A DNA stretch of 64,000 nt from a virus: positions 32,001 to 96,000 of the IMG/VR virus record IMGVR_UViG_3300045988_153285; one strand, written 5' to 3'. The notes below the pieces were generated by a model, which had not been told where the DNA came from, made no database searches, and was given only the letters and a program-made list of their open reading frames with translations. The position numbers and the translations under genes are program-made. Numbering within the stretch: position 1 is the stretch's first letter; each line of letters begins with the position of its first letter. This document shows, piece after piece, positions 54,645 through 63,291 of this stretch.

Positions 54645-56876
54645 ATGAATAAAGAAAATATTGTAAAATGTATAGTTGAGTTAGGGAAGGTATTCTTCCC
54701 TAAAGGTAAATCTCATATAAAATCAGGTGAATTTGGTATATTTGTCGCTGATATAATTGAACCAATAGATAATTGTGAAAATATATATAAGAACATCAAA
54801 TTAAAAGGTACTTGCTGTGAAATACAATATGGTGAAAAATATAAAGTATCTTGTAAATTATGTGATGTAAATGAGAAGTTTGGGAATACATATGAAATAG
54901 TATATATAAATAGAATTGTTGATTTAAAAGATGAAGTCAAGCAAAAGAATTTTTTAATGTCAATATTAAATGAGAATGTTGTAGCAAGATTGTACGATGA
55001 ATGTGAAAATGTCATAGATTTATTAGATAATGAAGATGTAGAAAGTTTAAGTAAGATTAAAGGAATTGGTGTAAAATCAGCAATGAGATTAATTGAGAAA
55101 TATAAAGATTGTAAGGATTACAGTGAAGTATATTCTGAACTAGGCCATTTAGGTTTTACAAGTAACTTAATAAAGAGATTGGTAGATTATTATAAATCAC
55201 CAGATGTTGTAATTGATATAGTTAAAACTAATCCATATCAGTTAGTAAATGTAGATGGTATTGGATTTAAAAAGGCAGATGAAATAGCAGCTAAAACTGG
55301 AATAAAAGGAGCTAATCCAAACAGAATTAAAGGTTGCATATTGTATATATTAAATCAATCAGGTGAAATAGGTAAAAGTTTTTTACATTATAGTGATTTA
55401 TTGAAGCAATTAAGCGATAATATTGGGTTTATTGAACAGGATGTTATAAATAAGGTTGCTAGTGATTTAATATCAAAGAATGAAGTTTATTTAAGTGAAA
55501 ATGGGGAGTACATTGGTTTAAAAAAATATTATAATTTAGAAAATAAAATTAAAAATGAATTATTAAGAATAGCTAATAGTGAAAGTAAAATGAAAATAAA
55601 CAATATTGAAGAAACAATACAATTAACAGAAAAAGATCAAGGATTTGATTTCACAGAAGAACAAAGAAATGCAATTATTGAATTTACAAAAGCAAATGTA
55701 TTAGCATTAACTGGAGGTGCTGGTTGTGGTAAAACTAGTGTGTCTAAGGGTATGATGGATTTGATAAAGAAATATTCAATATGTGCATGCGCTTTAAGTG
55801 GAAAAGCTTCTGTTAGAATTACTGAGGCTACTGGAATAGAAGCAAGCACAATACATAGATTATTAGGATTCCAACATGGAGAGTTTGTGTACAATAAAAA
55901 GAATCAATTAATTGCTGATGCAGTATTTTTAGATGAAGCTACTATGGTCAACGGTGAATTATTTTTAAGTCTATTAGAGGCAATTCCAAATGGTTGTAAA
56001 TTAGTAATGATGGGTGACGTGCAACAATTAACACCTATTGGAAGTTGTCAAGTATTCGCAGATGTATTGAGTTCAAAATCCATAACTTCATGTAAATTAA
56101 CAAAACCTCATAGACAAGCTATGAAATCAGGAATTATTCCATTATCAATGAATATAATAAATCAAAATAATATATTTGATTCAACATTTGAAGGTAGAAC
56201 TATATTAGGTGAGTTAAAAGACATGGAATTGAATATATATAAATCGAATGAATCGCATTTAAATGAAGTAGTTGAGTGTTTCATGAGGGAGTATAACAAG
56301 ACAAATGATTTAATGGAAACCCAAATAATAGCACCAATGAGAAATAGAGGAGACTTCTCAACATATGCAATTAACATTGAAGTTCAAAAAAGAATAAATC
56401 CCATTAATTCAAATAGAAAACATATAACTGTGTCGCTAGATAAGGAAAGATTTTATACTATTCAAGTAGGGGATAAAGTTATAAATACTAAAAATAATTA
56501 TAAATCGAAAAATGCAGATGGTATTGAAGTTCCCGTTTTTAATGGAAATATGGGTATTGTTAAAGATATAGATGGTGAGTTAATTACAGTAGACTTTATA
56601 GGTATTGGTGAATTAATATTAGATGCAAAAGGCGCAAAGAGTTTAGAGTTAGGCTATGCAATTACAATACATAAAAGTCAAGGTTCTGGATTTTCAACTG
56701 TAATTGGAGCTATAGACTCATCTGCATATGTTTTATTAAATGCTGAATTATTATATACATTGGTAACTAGAGCTAAAAAGTATTGTGTGTTAATTGGTAA
56801 AAATACAGCAATCAGAACTGCGATCAAAAAAAGAGAAATAAAAAATAAACAAACATATTTAAATAATATTTTATAG
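54645..56876 (+). CDS. RecD-like SF1B DNA helicase
   Basis: LTGGAGCGKTS, VFLDEATMV, GYAITIHKSQGSGF; HhH-like N-terminal region. Confidence 0.85.
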   Translation: MNKENIVKCIVELGKVFFPKGKSHIKSGEFGIFVADIIEPIDNCENIYKNIKLKGTCCEIQYGEKYKVSCKLCDVNEKFGNTYEIVYINRIVDLKDEVKQKNFLMSILNENVVARLYDECENVIDLLDNEDVESLSKIKGIGVKSAMRLIEKYKDCKDYSEVYSELGHLGFTSNLIKRLVDYYKSPDVVIDIVKTNPYQLVNVDGIGFKKADEIAAKTGIKGANPNRIKGCILYILNQSGEIGKSFLHYSDLLKQLSDNIGFIEQDVINKVASDLISKNEVYLSENGEYIGLKKYYNLENKIKNELLRIANSESKMKINNIEETIQLTEKDQGFDFTEEQRNAIIEFTKANVLALTGGAGCGKTSVSKGMMDLIKKYSICACALSGKASVRITEATGIEASTIHRLLGFQHGEFVYNKKNQLIADAVFLDEATMVNGELFLSLLEAIPNGCKLVMMGDVQQLTPIGSCQVFADVLSSKSITSCKLTKPHRQAMKSGIIPLSMNIINQNNIFDSTFEGRTILGELKDMELNIYKSNESHLNEVVECFMREYNKTNDLMETQIIAPMRNRGDFSTYAINIEVQKRINPINSNRKHITVSLDKERFYTIQVGDKVINTKNNYKSKNADGIEVPVFNGNMGIVKDIDGELITVDFIGIGELILDAKGAKSLELGYAITIHKSQGSGFSTVIGAIDSSAYVLLNAELLYTLVTRAKKYCVLIGKNTAIRTAIKKREIKNKQTYLNNIL

Positions 56877-56933
56877 TTAAATTTTCAAATAAAAGTCTAG
56901 TTTTATAAAAATTAAAATAATAGGAGTGATTAA

Positions 56934-57026
56934 ATGAAATATGTAATGAGTGATATACATGGTTGTTACGATGAATTTATAAATATGTTAGAGTTAATTA
57001 ACTTTAATGAAGGTGATGAATTATAA
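56934..57026 (+). pseudogene. N-terminal remnant of a calcineurin-like metallophosphoesterase
   Basis: [30 protein letters not shown] stops just before the expected GDxxDRG motif; AGGAG SD. Confidence 0.55.
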
Positions 57027-57040
57027 AAGGAGTGAATGAT

Positions 57041-58258
57041 ATGAGGAAAGTTTTCTTAGATAATTTACCTAAAAAAATGAGGATAGATAAAGAAATTATT
57101 GATTGGAAGGGTAGTATGGGAATCAAAGTACCGTTTATCTATGATGATATTGAAGGAGAAGTTGAGATTATTAACTATGATAATGGAATTTTAACTATAA
57201 AAAATTTATTGAATAATGAATTTTTTAAAATAAAAACTGATAAATTATCAAAATGTAAACTTGGGAAGATGCTAACGAAGTATACAAAAAACTTTAAATA
57301 TAACATCAATAACAATATTATAAGCGAAAATAGAGATTTAATCATAACCGATAGAGAATATAGGGAGAGAAAACATTCTAATGCAAACAGTATTATAAAT
57401 GATAAATACTATAAATATACATGTAATAAATGTGGTTGGACTGAGGGATGGATTGTAGAGGGAAGCTTAAGTAAGGGTGTTGGATGTTCTTGTTGCTACA
57501 ACAGATCTGCTGTTTTAGGCATAAATACAATATGGGATACTGATAGATGGATGTGTGATTTAGGTGTATCTGAAGAAGATGCAAGAAAATTTACTAAGTC
57601 TAGTGGGAAAAAGATAGAAGTTATATGTCCTGATTGCAAGAAAAGAAAATTGGTTTCGATTGATAAAATATACAAAAATAAATCCATAGGTTGTAGTTGT
57701 GGAGATGGAATTAGTTATCCTGAAAAATTTATAAATGATGCGCTAAATCAATTAAATGTTGAATTTCAAAGTCAATTAACAAAGACAACATTTGAATGGT
57801 GCGGAGACAAAAGATATGACTTTTATATACCAGAATATAATATGATAATTGAAACTCATGGCATACAACACTATGAAGATTGTAATTGGGGTAAAGCATG
57901 TGATATTCAAGAGAACGATAGAATTAAAAAGGAATTAGCAAAAGAAAATGGTATTGAGCATTACGTTGTTATAGATTGTAGATATAGTGAATTAGAATGG
58001 ATTAAGAATTCTATATTAAATAGTAAATTGGTAGATATGCTTAATTTATCTAAAATTGATTGGCTAAAGTGTGAAGAATTTGCACTGAAGAATATTGTCA
58101 GGGAAGTATGTGATTATTGGAATAATAAAGAGGAGTGGGAGACTACAACAACCATTGCAGAAAATAATGAATGGGGAATTAGAAGTGTTATTACAGTAAT
58201 AAAATATCTCAAAAAAGGAACAATCTTAGGATGGTGCAACTATAATCCTAAAAGATAA
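57041..58258 (+). CDS. putative homing endonuclease (zinc ribbons + Vsr/DUF559-like PD-(D/E)XK core)
   Basis: CNKCGW..CSCC, CPDCKK..CSCG; YDFYIPEYNMIIETHGIQHY nuclease-core pattern; sits where the phosphoesterase gene is truncated. Confidence 0.55.
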   Translation: MRKVFLDNLPKKMRIDKEIIDWKGSMGIKVPFIYDDIEGEVEIINYDNGILTIKNLLNNEFFKIKTDKLSKCKLGKMLTKYTKNFKYNINNNIISENRDLIITDREYRERKHSNANSIINDKYYKYTCNKCGWTEGWIVEGSLSKGVGCSCCYNRSAVLGINTIWDTDRWMCDLGVSEEDARKFTKSSGKKIEVICPDCKKRKLVSIDKIYKNKSIGCSCGDGISYPEKFINDALNQLNVEFQSQLTKTTFEWCGDKRYDFYIPEYNMIIETHGIQHYEDCNWGKACDIQENDRIKKELAKENGIEHYVVIDCRYSELEWIKNSILNSKLVDMLNLSKIDWLKCEEFALKNIVREVCDYWNNKEEWETTTTIAENNEWGIRSVITVIKYLKKGTILGWCNYNPKR

Positions 58259-58356
58259 TATAGTTCACTATGTTTTTTTGTGTATTTAAGAAAGCAAACG
58301 GTAAATTAGCTTGTTTGTGCTTAGATACTATGGAAGAATTTTATATCTAAATTCAA

Positions 58357-58384
58357 GGCAGCTTAACGGCTGTCTTTTCTTTTT
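58357..58384 (+). terminator. Rho-independent terminator
   Basis: GGCAGC / GCTGTC stem (one G-U), 6-nt loop, T-rich tail. Confidence 0.65.
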
Positions 58385-58393
58385 AAATTTTTT

Positions 58394-58443
58394 AATATAA
58401 ATTAATAAAATAGGTTGACAAAGGTATAATATGGGTATATAAT
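58394..58443 (+). promoter_or_regulatory. dispersed motif + consensus sigma-A promoter
   Basis: AATATAAATTAATAAAAT, TTGACA 58415-58420, 17-nt spacer, TATAAT 58438-58443. Confidence 0.75.
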
Positions 58444-58484
58444 TAAATCATCAAGTAAATAAAATAATAAATGAGGTGGTTAAT

Positions 58485-59096
58485 ATGGCAGAAAGAAATT
58501 ATACTTTAAGTGAATTAAAACTAATTGAAAAGGTAAAAGAAGAAAACACAACTTGTTATTATTGTGGTGATCCATTGAAATCTAAAAATAGAACAATAGA
58601 TCATAAAGTTCCAATAAGCAGAGGTGGACAAACTACATTAGACAATCTAGTAGTAAGCTGCAAAAGATGTAATGAAGAAAAGGGAATGATGAATGATGAA
58701 GAGTATTTAAGTTTCTTAGAAAAGTTTAGAAAATACATAGATGAAGATATTAACTTTAATGAATTAAAAGATATAAAGACTAAATACCAAGGAATATTAG
58801 ATAGGCACAAAGAATTATGTGAGAAGCATCGCTTGATAGGGTGTGAAGTTAGAAAAGTTCAAGATATAATAATGGTTATGAAGATGAATGCAGCAGATGG
58901 ATACATATTAGCAAGAGATTTACAAAAGTTATTAAATGAACAAAATGAAATTAAAAAGCAAAAAGAAAGTATAGCTAAATTAAGAGATATGGCTATAAAT
59001 CAAATAAATGAAATATCTAAGAATATGACGGCTTTAGCAGATACAGTAAGGAGCAATTACAGGAATGATGTAATAAGAAATATCAGATATAAATAA
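58485..59096 (+). CDS. HNH endonuclease with coiled-coil C-terminus
   Basis: CYYCG..IDHKVPISRGGQTTLDNLVVSCKRCNEEKG. Confidence 0.85.
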   Translation: MAERNYTLSELKLIEKVKEENTTCYYCGDPLKSKNRTIDHKVPISRGGQTTLDNLVVSCKRCNEEKGMMNDEEYLSFLEKFRKYIDEDINFNELKDIKTKYQGILDRHKELCEKHRLIGCEVRKVQDIIMVMKMNAADGYILARDLQKLLNEQNEIKKQKESIAKLRDMAINQINEISKNMTALADTVRSNYRNDVIRNIRYK

Positions 59097-59109
59097 AAAT
59101 TAACAAAAT
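59093..59109 (+). repeat. dispersed motif copy overlapping a stop codon (SD-proximal)
   Basis: ATAAAAATTAACAAAAT followed by AGAGGTG. Confidence 0.7.
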
Positions 59110-59122
59110 AGAGGTGATAAAG

Positions 59123-59365
59123 TTGAATGTAAAGGCATATTATAACCTAACAGAAAGAAGAAGTAAAGTAGAAAGATACATAGAAGATTATGATGTAGTC
59201 ATAAAAGAACTTAGAGATGAAGCTAAGAAGTTGAAGAAGGGTAGCATGGAGAGACAAGAGTTGATGAAAAGAGCGAATGACCTAAAGAATGATTCTACCT
59301 ATAGAGAACTACAAATTGAGCTTAGAACATTAAATTATTGTATTAATACAGTATTTTATAATTAG
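59123..59365 (+). CDS. hypothetical protein (start uncertain, TTG 59123 or GTG 59114)
   Basis: GAGGTG SD; coiled-coil-like sequence. Confidence 0.5.
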   Translation: MNVKAYYNLTERRSKVERYIEDYDVVIKELRDEAKKLKKGSMERQELMKRANDLKNDSTYRELQIELRTLNYCINTVFYN

Positions 59366-59377
59366 GTGGTGATTTGA

Positions 59378-59623
59378 ATGAATGCTTTAATAATTGATAA
59401 TAAACCTTATTGCTCTAAATGTAAAGTGCAATTAGGGAATGGAACAGGTGAATATTCACTAATAACACATGAAGGTAAAAATTACGTAAAGTTTCAAAGA
59501 TATTGTAATAGTTGTAGAAATAAGATTGATTACTATGCAGATATAACTTTAGAAGGAACTACCAGATATTCATTTAGTAATGATGTCAAAGAAATAAAAG
59601 ACGAGGTGAGCAATAATGATTAA
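59378..59623 (+). CDS. zinc-ribbon protein
   Basis: AGGTGG SD; CSKC..CNSC. Confidence 0.6.
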   Translation: MNALIIDNKPYCSKCKVQLGNGTGEYSLITHEGKNYVKFQRYCNSCRNKIDYYADITLEGTTRYSFSNDVKEIKDEVSNND

Positions 59624-59783
59624 ATTAATTGCTGAAGAGAAGTGTTGTAGAACTACTATAACATTCAGTGAACACAACCAAGAGAAAGAGAATCAGTACT
59701 TAGCAGATTTTAAGGTAAACTCTAATATATATAAGATAATTAGAATTGAAAATGATGAAGAAGTAATTTTATTAGAGAGGTAG
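59616..59783 (+). CDS. 55-aa hypothetical protein (below ORF-track cutoff)
   Basis: GAGGTGAG SD within the upstream gene end; overlaps it by 8 nt. Confidence 0.4.
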   Translation: MIKLIAEEKCCRTTITFSEHNQEKENQYLADFKVNSNIYKIIRIENDEEVILLER

Positions 59784-59786
59784 AAA

Positions 59787-59999
59787 ATGAATAAAAGATT
59801 AAAAACAGATTTAGAAGTTATATGTGAACCGACTTGGGTAAAGATGTGTTGTCCTCATTGTGATGAAGAAATAGAAATTGATTACGATGAATTTACTAGA
59901 AGTATGATCGGTGAGTATTGGTGTGATTGGGAAGGTGAACTAATCACCTGTGAACATTGTGATGAAATTTTTGAAATAGGCTGTGTTCATATGGAATAA
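59787..59999 (+). CDS. zinc-ribbon protein
   Basis: CPHC..CEHC; AGAGAGG SD. Confidence 0.6.
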   Translation: MNKRLKTDLEVICEPTWVKMCCPHCDEEIEIDYDEFTRSMIGEYWCDWEGELITCEHCDEIFEIGCVHME

Positions 60000-60046
60000 A
60001 AACGACATTTTATTGAAAAATAAATTAAATAAAAAGGAGTATGATT

Positions 60047-61243
60047 ATGGAACAAACAGTTAAGGTAAAAGATTTTATTATAGATTTAAGTAAAGTTAAA
60101 GAACCAACTACTATGAGTAAAAAAGCAGTAGCGCCCAAGGTTAATTATTCATTGGTGTTAGAGAATGATATGGATTTTGTAATAAAAAGAAAAACATCTA
60201 AAACAGATAAGGATCTTGTATTTTTGGTGAGTCAAGATTTATATTATATAAAAAATAATGGCGATGATACTGTGATTCAGTTAGATATGAATAACTATAA
60301 AAGGCAAATAAGTGCATTTTTAAGAGATATGGGAATGTGGATGAATTTTGAAAAGGTAAAATGGACTGAAAATTGTTATACTGAGAACCTTTATAATATG
60401 TTTACAGATGAAACTAAGAGGATTCTAACAAGACATGGAATTAATTTAAGAGGTAGTTATTATAAAAATGAGGTAGCTAATGCATTAAAGACTAATCCCA
60501 AAATAGTAAAGTATTGGTTTTCAAAGTTTAACGATATACATAGATACACGTTAGAAGCAATACTTTATTTAAATAATGAGTATAACTTTAATAATGCTAA
60601 ATATTTAATAGATTCTATGTATGACTTAAATAGGACTAAATTAAGTGGATATTATACAACTCAAATGTTATCTTTAGCAAAGGGTTATAATTGTAATATA
60701 AATACACTTATAGATTACATAGTAAGAGGATTATATTCTCAAGGAATAGATTCTATAGAAAATGACATTTATAACGACTATAGGGATTATTTATCAATGA
60801 CAAATGCTATGAAAGGCAAGATAAAGGATAAATATCCTAAATATTTAAAAACAGAACATGATAAGGTATCAATGAGATATAGCATTTGGAGAAAATACAA
60901 AGATGATTTAGAAATATTTAAGATTACTGAAGAGAATAAGAAATTGGAATTTAGTGATAAAAAATATAGCATTATATTACCTGAAACAAGTTCAGATATA
61001 GTTGATGAAGGGATTAATCAATCGCATTGTGTTGCATCATATGTTAAGAGAGTAGCAAATGGAGATACATTAATATTATTTATGAGATATACAGATATTA
61101 TTGATGAATCATTAGTAACCATTGAAGTAAAAAATGGTGAAGTATGCCAAGCTAGGGGATATGCAAATAGAGGTTTAAGCAAAGAAGAGTCGGCTTTTAT
61201 TAAAAAGTGGGCTAAAATAAATGAATTAAAGGTTAATTATTAG
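60047..61243 (+). CDS. PcfJ-like protein (putative)
   Basis: C-terminal GINQSHCVASYVKRVANGDTLILFMR resembles the PcfJ domain; AAGGAG SD. Confidence 0.55.
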   Translation: MEQTVKVKDFIIDLSKVKEPTTMSKKAVAPKVNYSLVLENDMDFVIKRKTSKTDKDLVFLVSQDLYYIKNNGDDTVIQLDMNNYKRQISAFLRDMGMWMNFEKVKWTENCYTENLYNMFTDETKRILTRHGINLRGSYYKNEVANALKTNPKIVKYWFSKFNDIHRYTLEAILYLNNEYNFNNAKYLIDSMYDLNRTKLSGYYTTQMLSLAKGYNCNINTLIDYIVRGLYSQGIDSIENDIYNDYRDYLSMTNAMKGKIKDKYPKYLKTEHDKVSMRYSIWRKYKDDLEIFKITEENKKLEFSDKKYSIILPETSSDIVDEGINQSHCVASYVKRVANGDTLILFMRYTDIIDESLVTIEVKNGEVCQARGYANRGLSKEESAFIKKWAKINELKVNY

Positions 61244-61255
61244 GAGGAATGTAAA

Positions 61256-61639
61256 ATGGAATTAAAAGTAGGAATGAAATTAGAGTTAATAAAGAATTTA
61301 GATTGTGGAATTAGAGTCATAGAGAAAGGTGAAGTATTTAAAATTAAACATATATCAGCAAATAAAGTGTCTTTAATTAATAATGAAATAGGTGTGGGCG
61401 TATTTGAATTAGAAGAAGTTAAGGAATATTTTAAAGAACACATAGAAGAAATTAAAACAGATGAAGATGTTAAGAGAGTAATATATAGTGATAAAGTTAC
61501 AGTAGTAATTCTAAATAGTGGAATCAAAGGAATTGCTAAATGTTTAGAAGAAGATGAATATGATAAGAAGGTAGGATATAGAATCGCATATTTAAAAGCT
61601 AAAATCAAAGAAATGAATAAGGAGTTGAAAAGTTATTAA
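61256..61639 (+). CDS. hypothetical protein
   Basis: AGGAGG SD; 127 aa. Confidence 0.7.
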   Translation: MELKVGMKLELIKNLDCGIRVIEKGEVFKIKHISANKVSLINNEIGVGVFELEEVKEYFKEHIEEIKTDEDVKRVIYSDKVTVVILNSGIKGIAKCLEEDEYDKKVGYRIAYLKAKIKEMNKELKSY

Positions 61640-61908
61640 TGATAAAGAAATTAATTAGAATATACATACAAAGTTTCAAATATTCCAGGAGATTATCCAA
61701 GCTATATAAAACATTAGATATACTTATGAAAGAATTTGATTGCACACAAAAGTCTGAAGATAAGAAGATGTTATATAGATCACTAACAGAACTTCATAAA
61801 TACACAAGTGGTTTATTAAAAGAGTTTGATAATTATATAGAAAATAATAAATTTAAGAGTGGAGGAATGAATAATGCAAGTAACAATGACAATGGAAGAA
61901 TACACTAA
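61639..61908 (+). CDS. hypothetical protein
   Basis: Start overlaps upstream stop; 89 aa. Confidence 0.55.
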   Translation: MIKKLIRIYIQSFKYSRRLSKLYKTLDILMKEFDCTQKSEDKKMLYRSLTELHKYTSGLLKEFDNYIENNKFKSGGMNNASNNDNGRIH

Positions 61909-62467
61909 GTTAATAACTGCCAATGCCAAACAGGTTGAACAGTTAAATAAAATGATGGAGAAATATGATAATATCAGCAAAGAAAGATATGAACTGTTAA
62001 AATCTCAAAATAATAATGAAGATTGCAAATACTGCAACGGTAATGAAGAAACAATAATGTATACATCTGATGGTAATAGCATCTATATAGGTGAAGGTGG
62101 TACTTACAAGCGATATGGTGATAATAGTGGGAAGATATGCTTAATAAATAGTGATAGCTATAAAGGTAATGAAGTGGAAATAAATTATTGTCCTATGTGT
62201 GGCAAGAAGTTAGGCGATAATACAAATCAAATGAGTAAAAGTCAGGGAAATAAATTAAAATACATACAAACATTGTTAGAAGAGACTGGTAATAGTTGTT
62301 TTATAAACCTATATAAAAGATGGGATTATGTATTTTCTATAGAAATAATATATTTCGATGAATTAACAACAATTTCAGAATCATTTGGTATAAAAGAGTT
62401 CGATGAATTGAATCCACATATCATAGTAAATGATTTATTAGATAAATTTGATAAACAAAAACGATAA
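61874..62467 (+). CDS. hypothetical protein with central Cys cluster
   Basis: GGAGGA SD; CKYCNG..CPMCG. Confidence 0.65.
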   Translation: MQVTMTMEEYTKLITANAKQVEQLNKMMEKYDNISKERYELLKSQNNNEDCKYCNGNEETIMYTSDGNSIYIGEGGTYKRYGDNSGKICLINSDSYKGNEVEINYCPMCGKKLGDNTNQMSKSQGNKLKYIQTLLEETGNSCFINLYKRWDYVFSIEIIYFDELTTISESFGIKEFDELNPHIIVNDLLDKFDKQKR

Positions 62468-62558
62468 GATCAGATTTCAAAAGTAGTTATTTAAATAGGA
62501 TTTAGATAGTTTAAATTAATATAAAAGAAGAATTCTATTAGAATTGGAGGATTAAAGA

Positions 62559-62738
62559 ATGAGTGTTTATACTGAATACGATAGATTAAGAGATGAATTA
62601 AAATGTAATTTAGAGAATTGTTTAGAGAAAGCAAAAGAATTAATGTTAGGCACAGAAATATGGGGTTACGATCACATGAAAGAAGATTATGCTGAAGAAT
62701 TATATTTTGCTATTAAAAATGCAATAAAGAAAGTTTAA
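62559..62738 (+). CDS. 59-aa hypothetical protein (below ORF-track cutoff)
   Basis: TGGAGGA SD. Confidence 0.5.
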   Translation: MSVYTEYDRLRDELKCNLENCLEKAKELMLGTEIWGYDHMKEDYAEELYFAIKNAIKKV

Positions 62739-62760
62739 TTGATTAGGGGGGGGTAGAAGT

Positions 62761-62919
62761 ATGAGAGAAGGTAAAATTTTAATATTATCAGATTGTTCCG
62801 AATGTACTTTTAGAAATGGATATTATTGTGATTTTGAAAGAAAGAATATTGCAAAGGAAGATATGGTTAAATATCACTATGGTGTATTTCCTAATTGGTG
62901 CAAATTAAAAGATTATTAA
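62761..62919 (+). CDS. 52-aa Cys-containing protein (below ORF-track cutoff)
   Basis: ATG 62761 preceded by a G8 tract (62746-62753) acting as the only SD-like element. Confidence 0.45.
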   Translation: MREGKILILSDCSECTFRNGYYCDFERKNIAKEDMVKYHYGVFPNWCKLKDY

Positions 62920-62945
62920 AATATAGATTAGTAGGAGGAGTAATA

Positions 62946-63053
62946 ATGAAATTAAGCTATGGGGATGGTTTTAAATATGTAATGATTGCATTAGGTGCAT
63001 TTTGGATTATATTGGCAATATTTTTAGGAACAATATGTTATATAAGAATGTAA
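62946..63053 (+). CDS. 35-aa membrane peptide (below ORF-track cutoff)
   Basis: AGGAGGAG SD; hydrophobic core MIALGAFWIILAIFLGTI. Confidence 0.4.
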   Translation: MKLSYGDGFKYVMIALGAFWIILAIFLGTICYIRM

Positions 63054-63291
63054 ATAAATCAGTTGTTTTATATAGTTAAAAATAAATTAAATAGGTATGT
63101 ATATGAAAGAGTTTAAAGTAGTATCTTATAAAAGTACGGATAGACACATACATAGTGTTAGAAAGATATTCGAAGGGACTTATGACGAATGTTTAAAGTT
63201 TTATATATAGAATAAAAGTAAATACCGATGCAAGAATGAATTATTAGAATTAATGTATAATAACTAAAAATTAAAATAAGGAAGTGATATT

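Noticed and set aside
56934-58384. Group I intron carrying the endonuclease gene inside the phosphoesterase gene
   Set aside because: No downstream exon encoding the GDxxDRG..GNH(D/E) phosphoesterase motifs exists in any frame before the next promoter (58394). A truncation or replacement fits better than an intron.
63103-63270. 35-aa ORF (MKEFKVVSYK..) followed in frame by 18 more codons after a TAG
   Set aside because: The SD is weak (AGGT) and the ORF is very short. Apparent readthrough could be chance in AT-rich sequence, so support is insufficient to call a gene or a recoding event.
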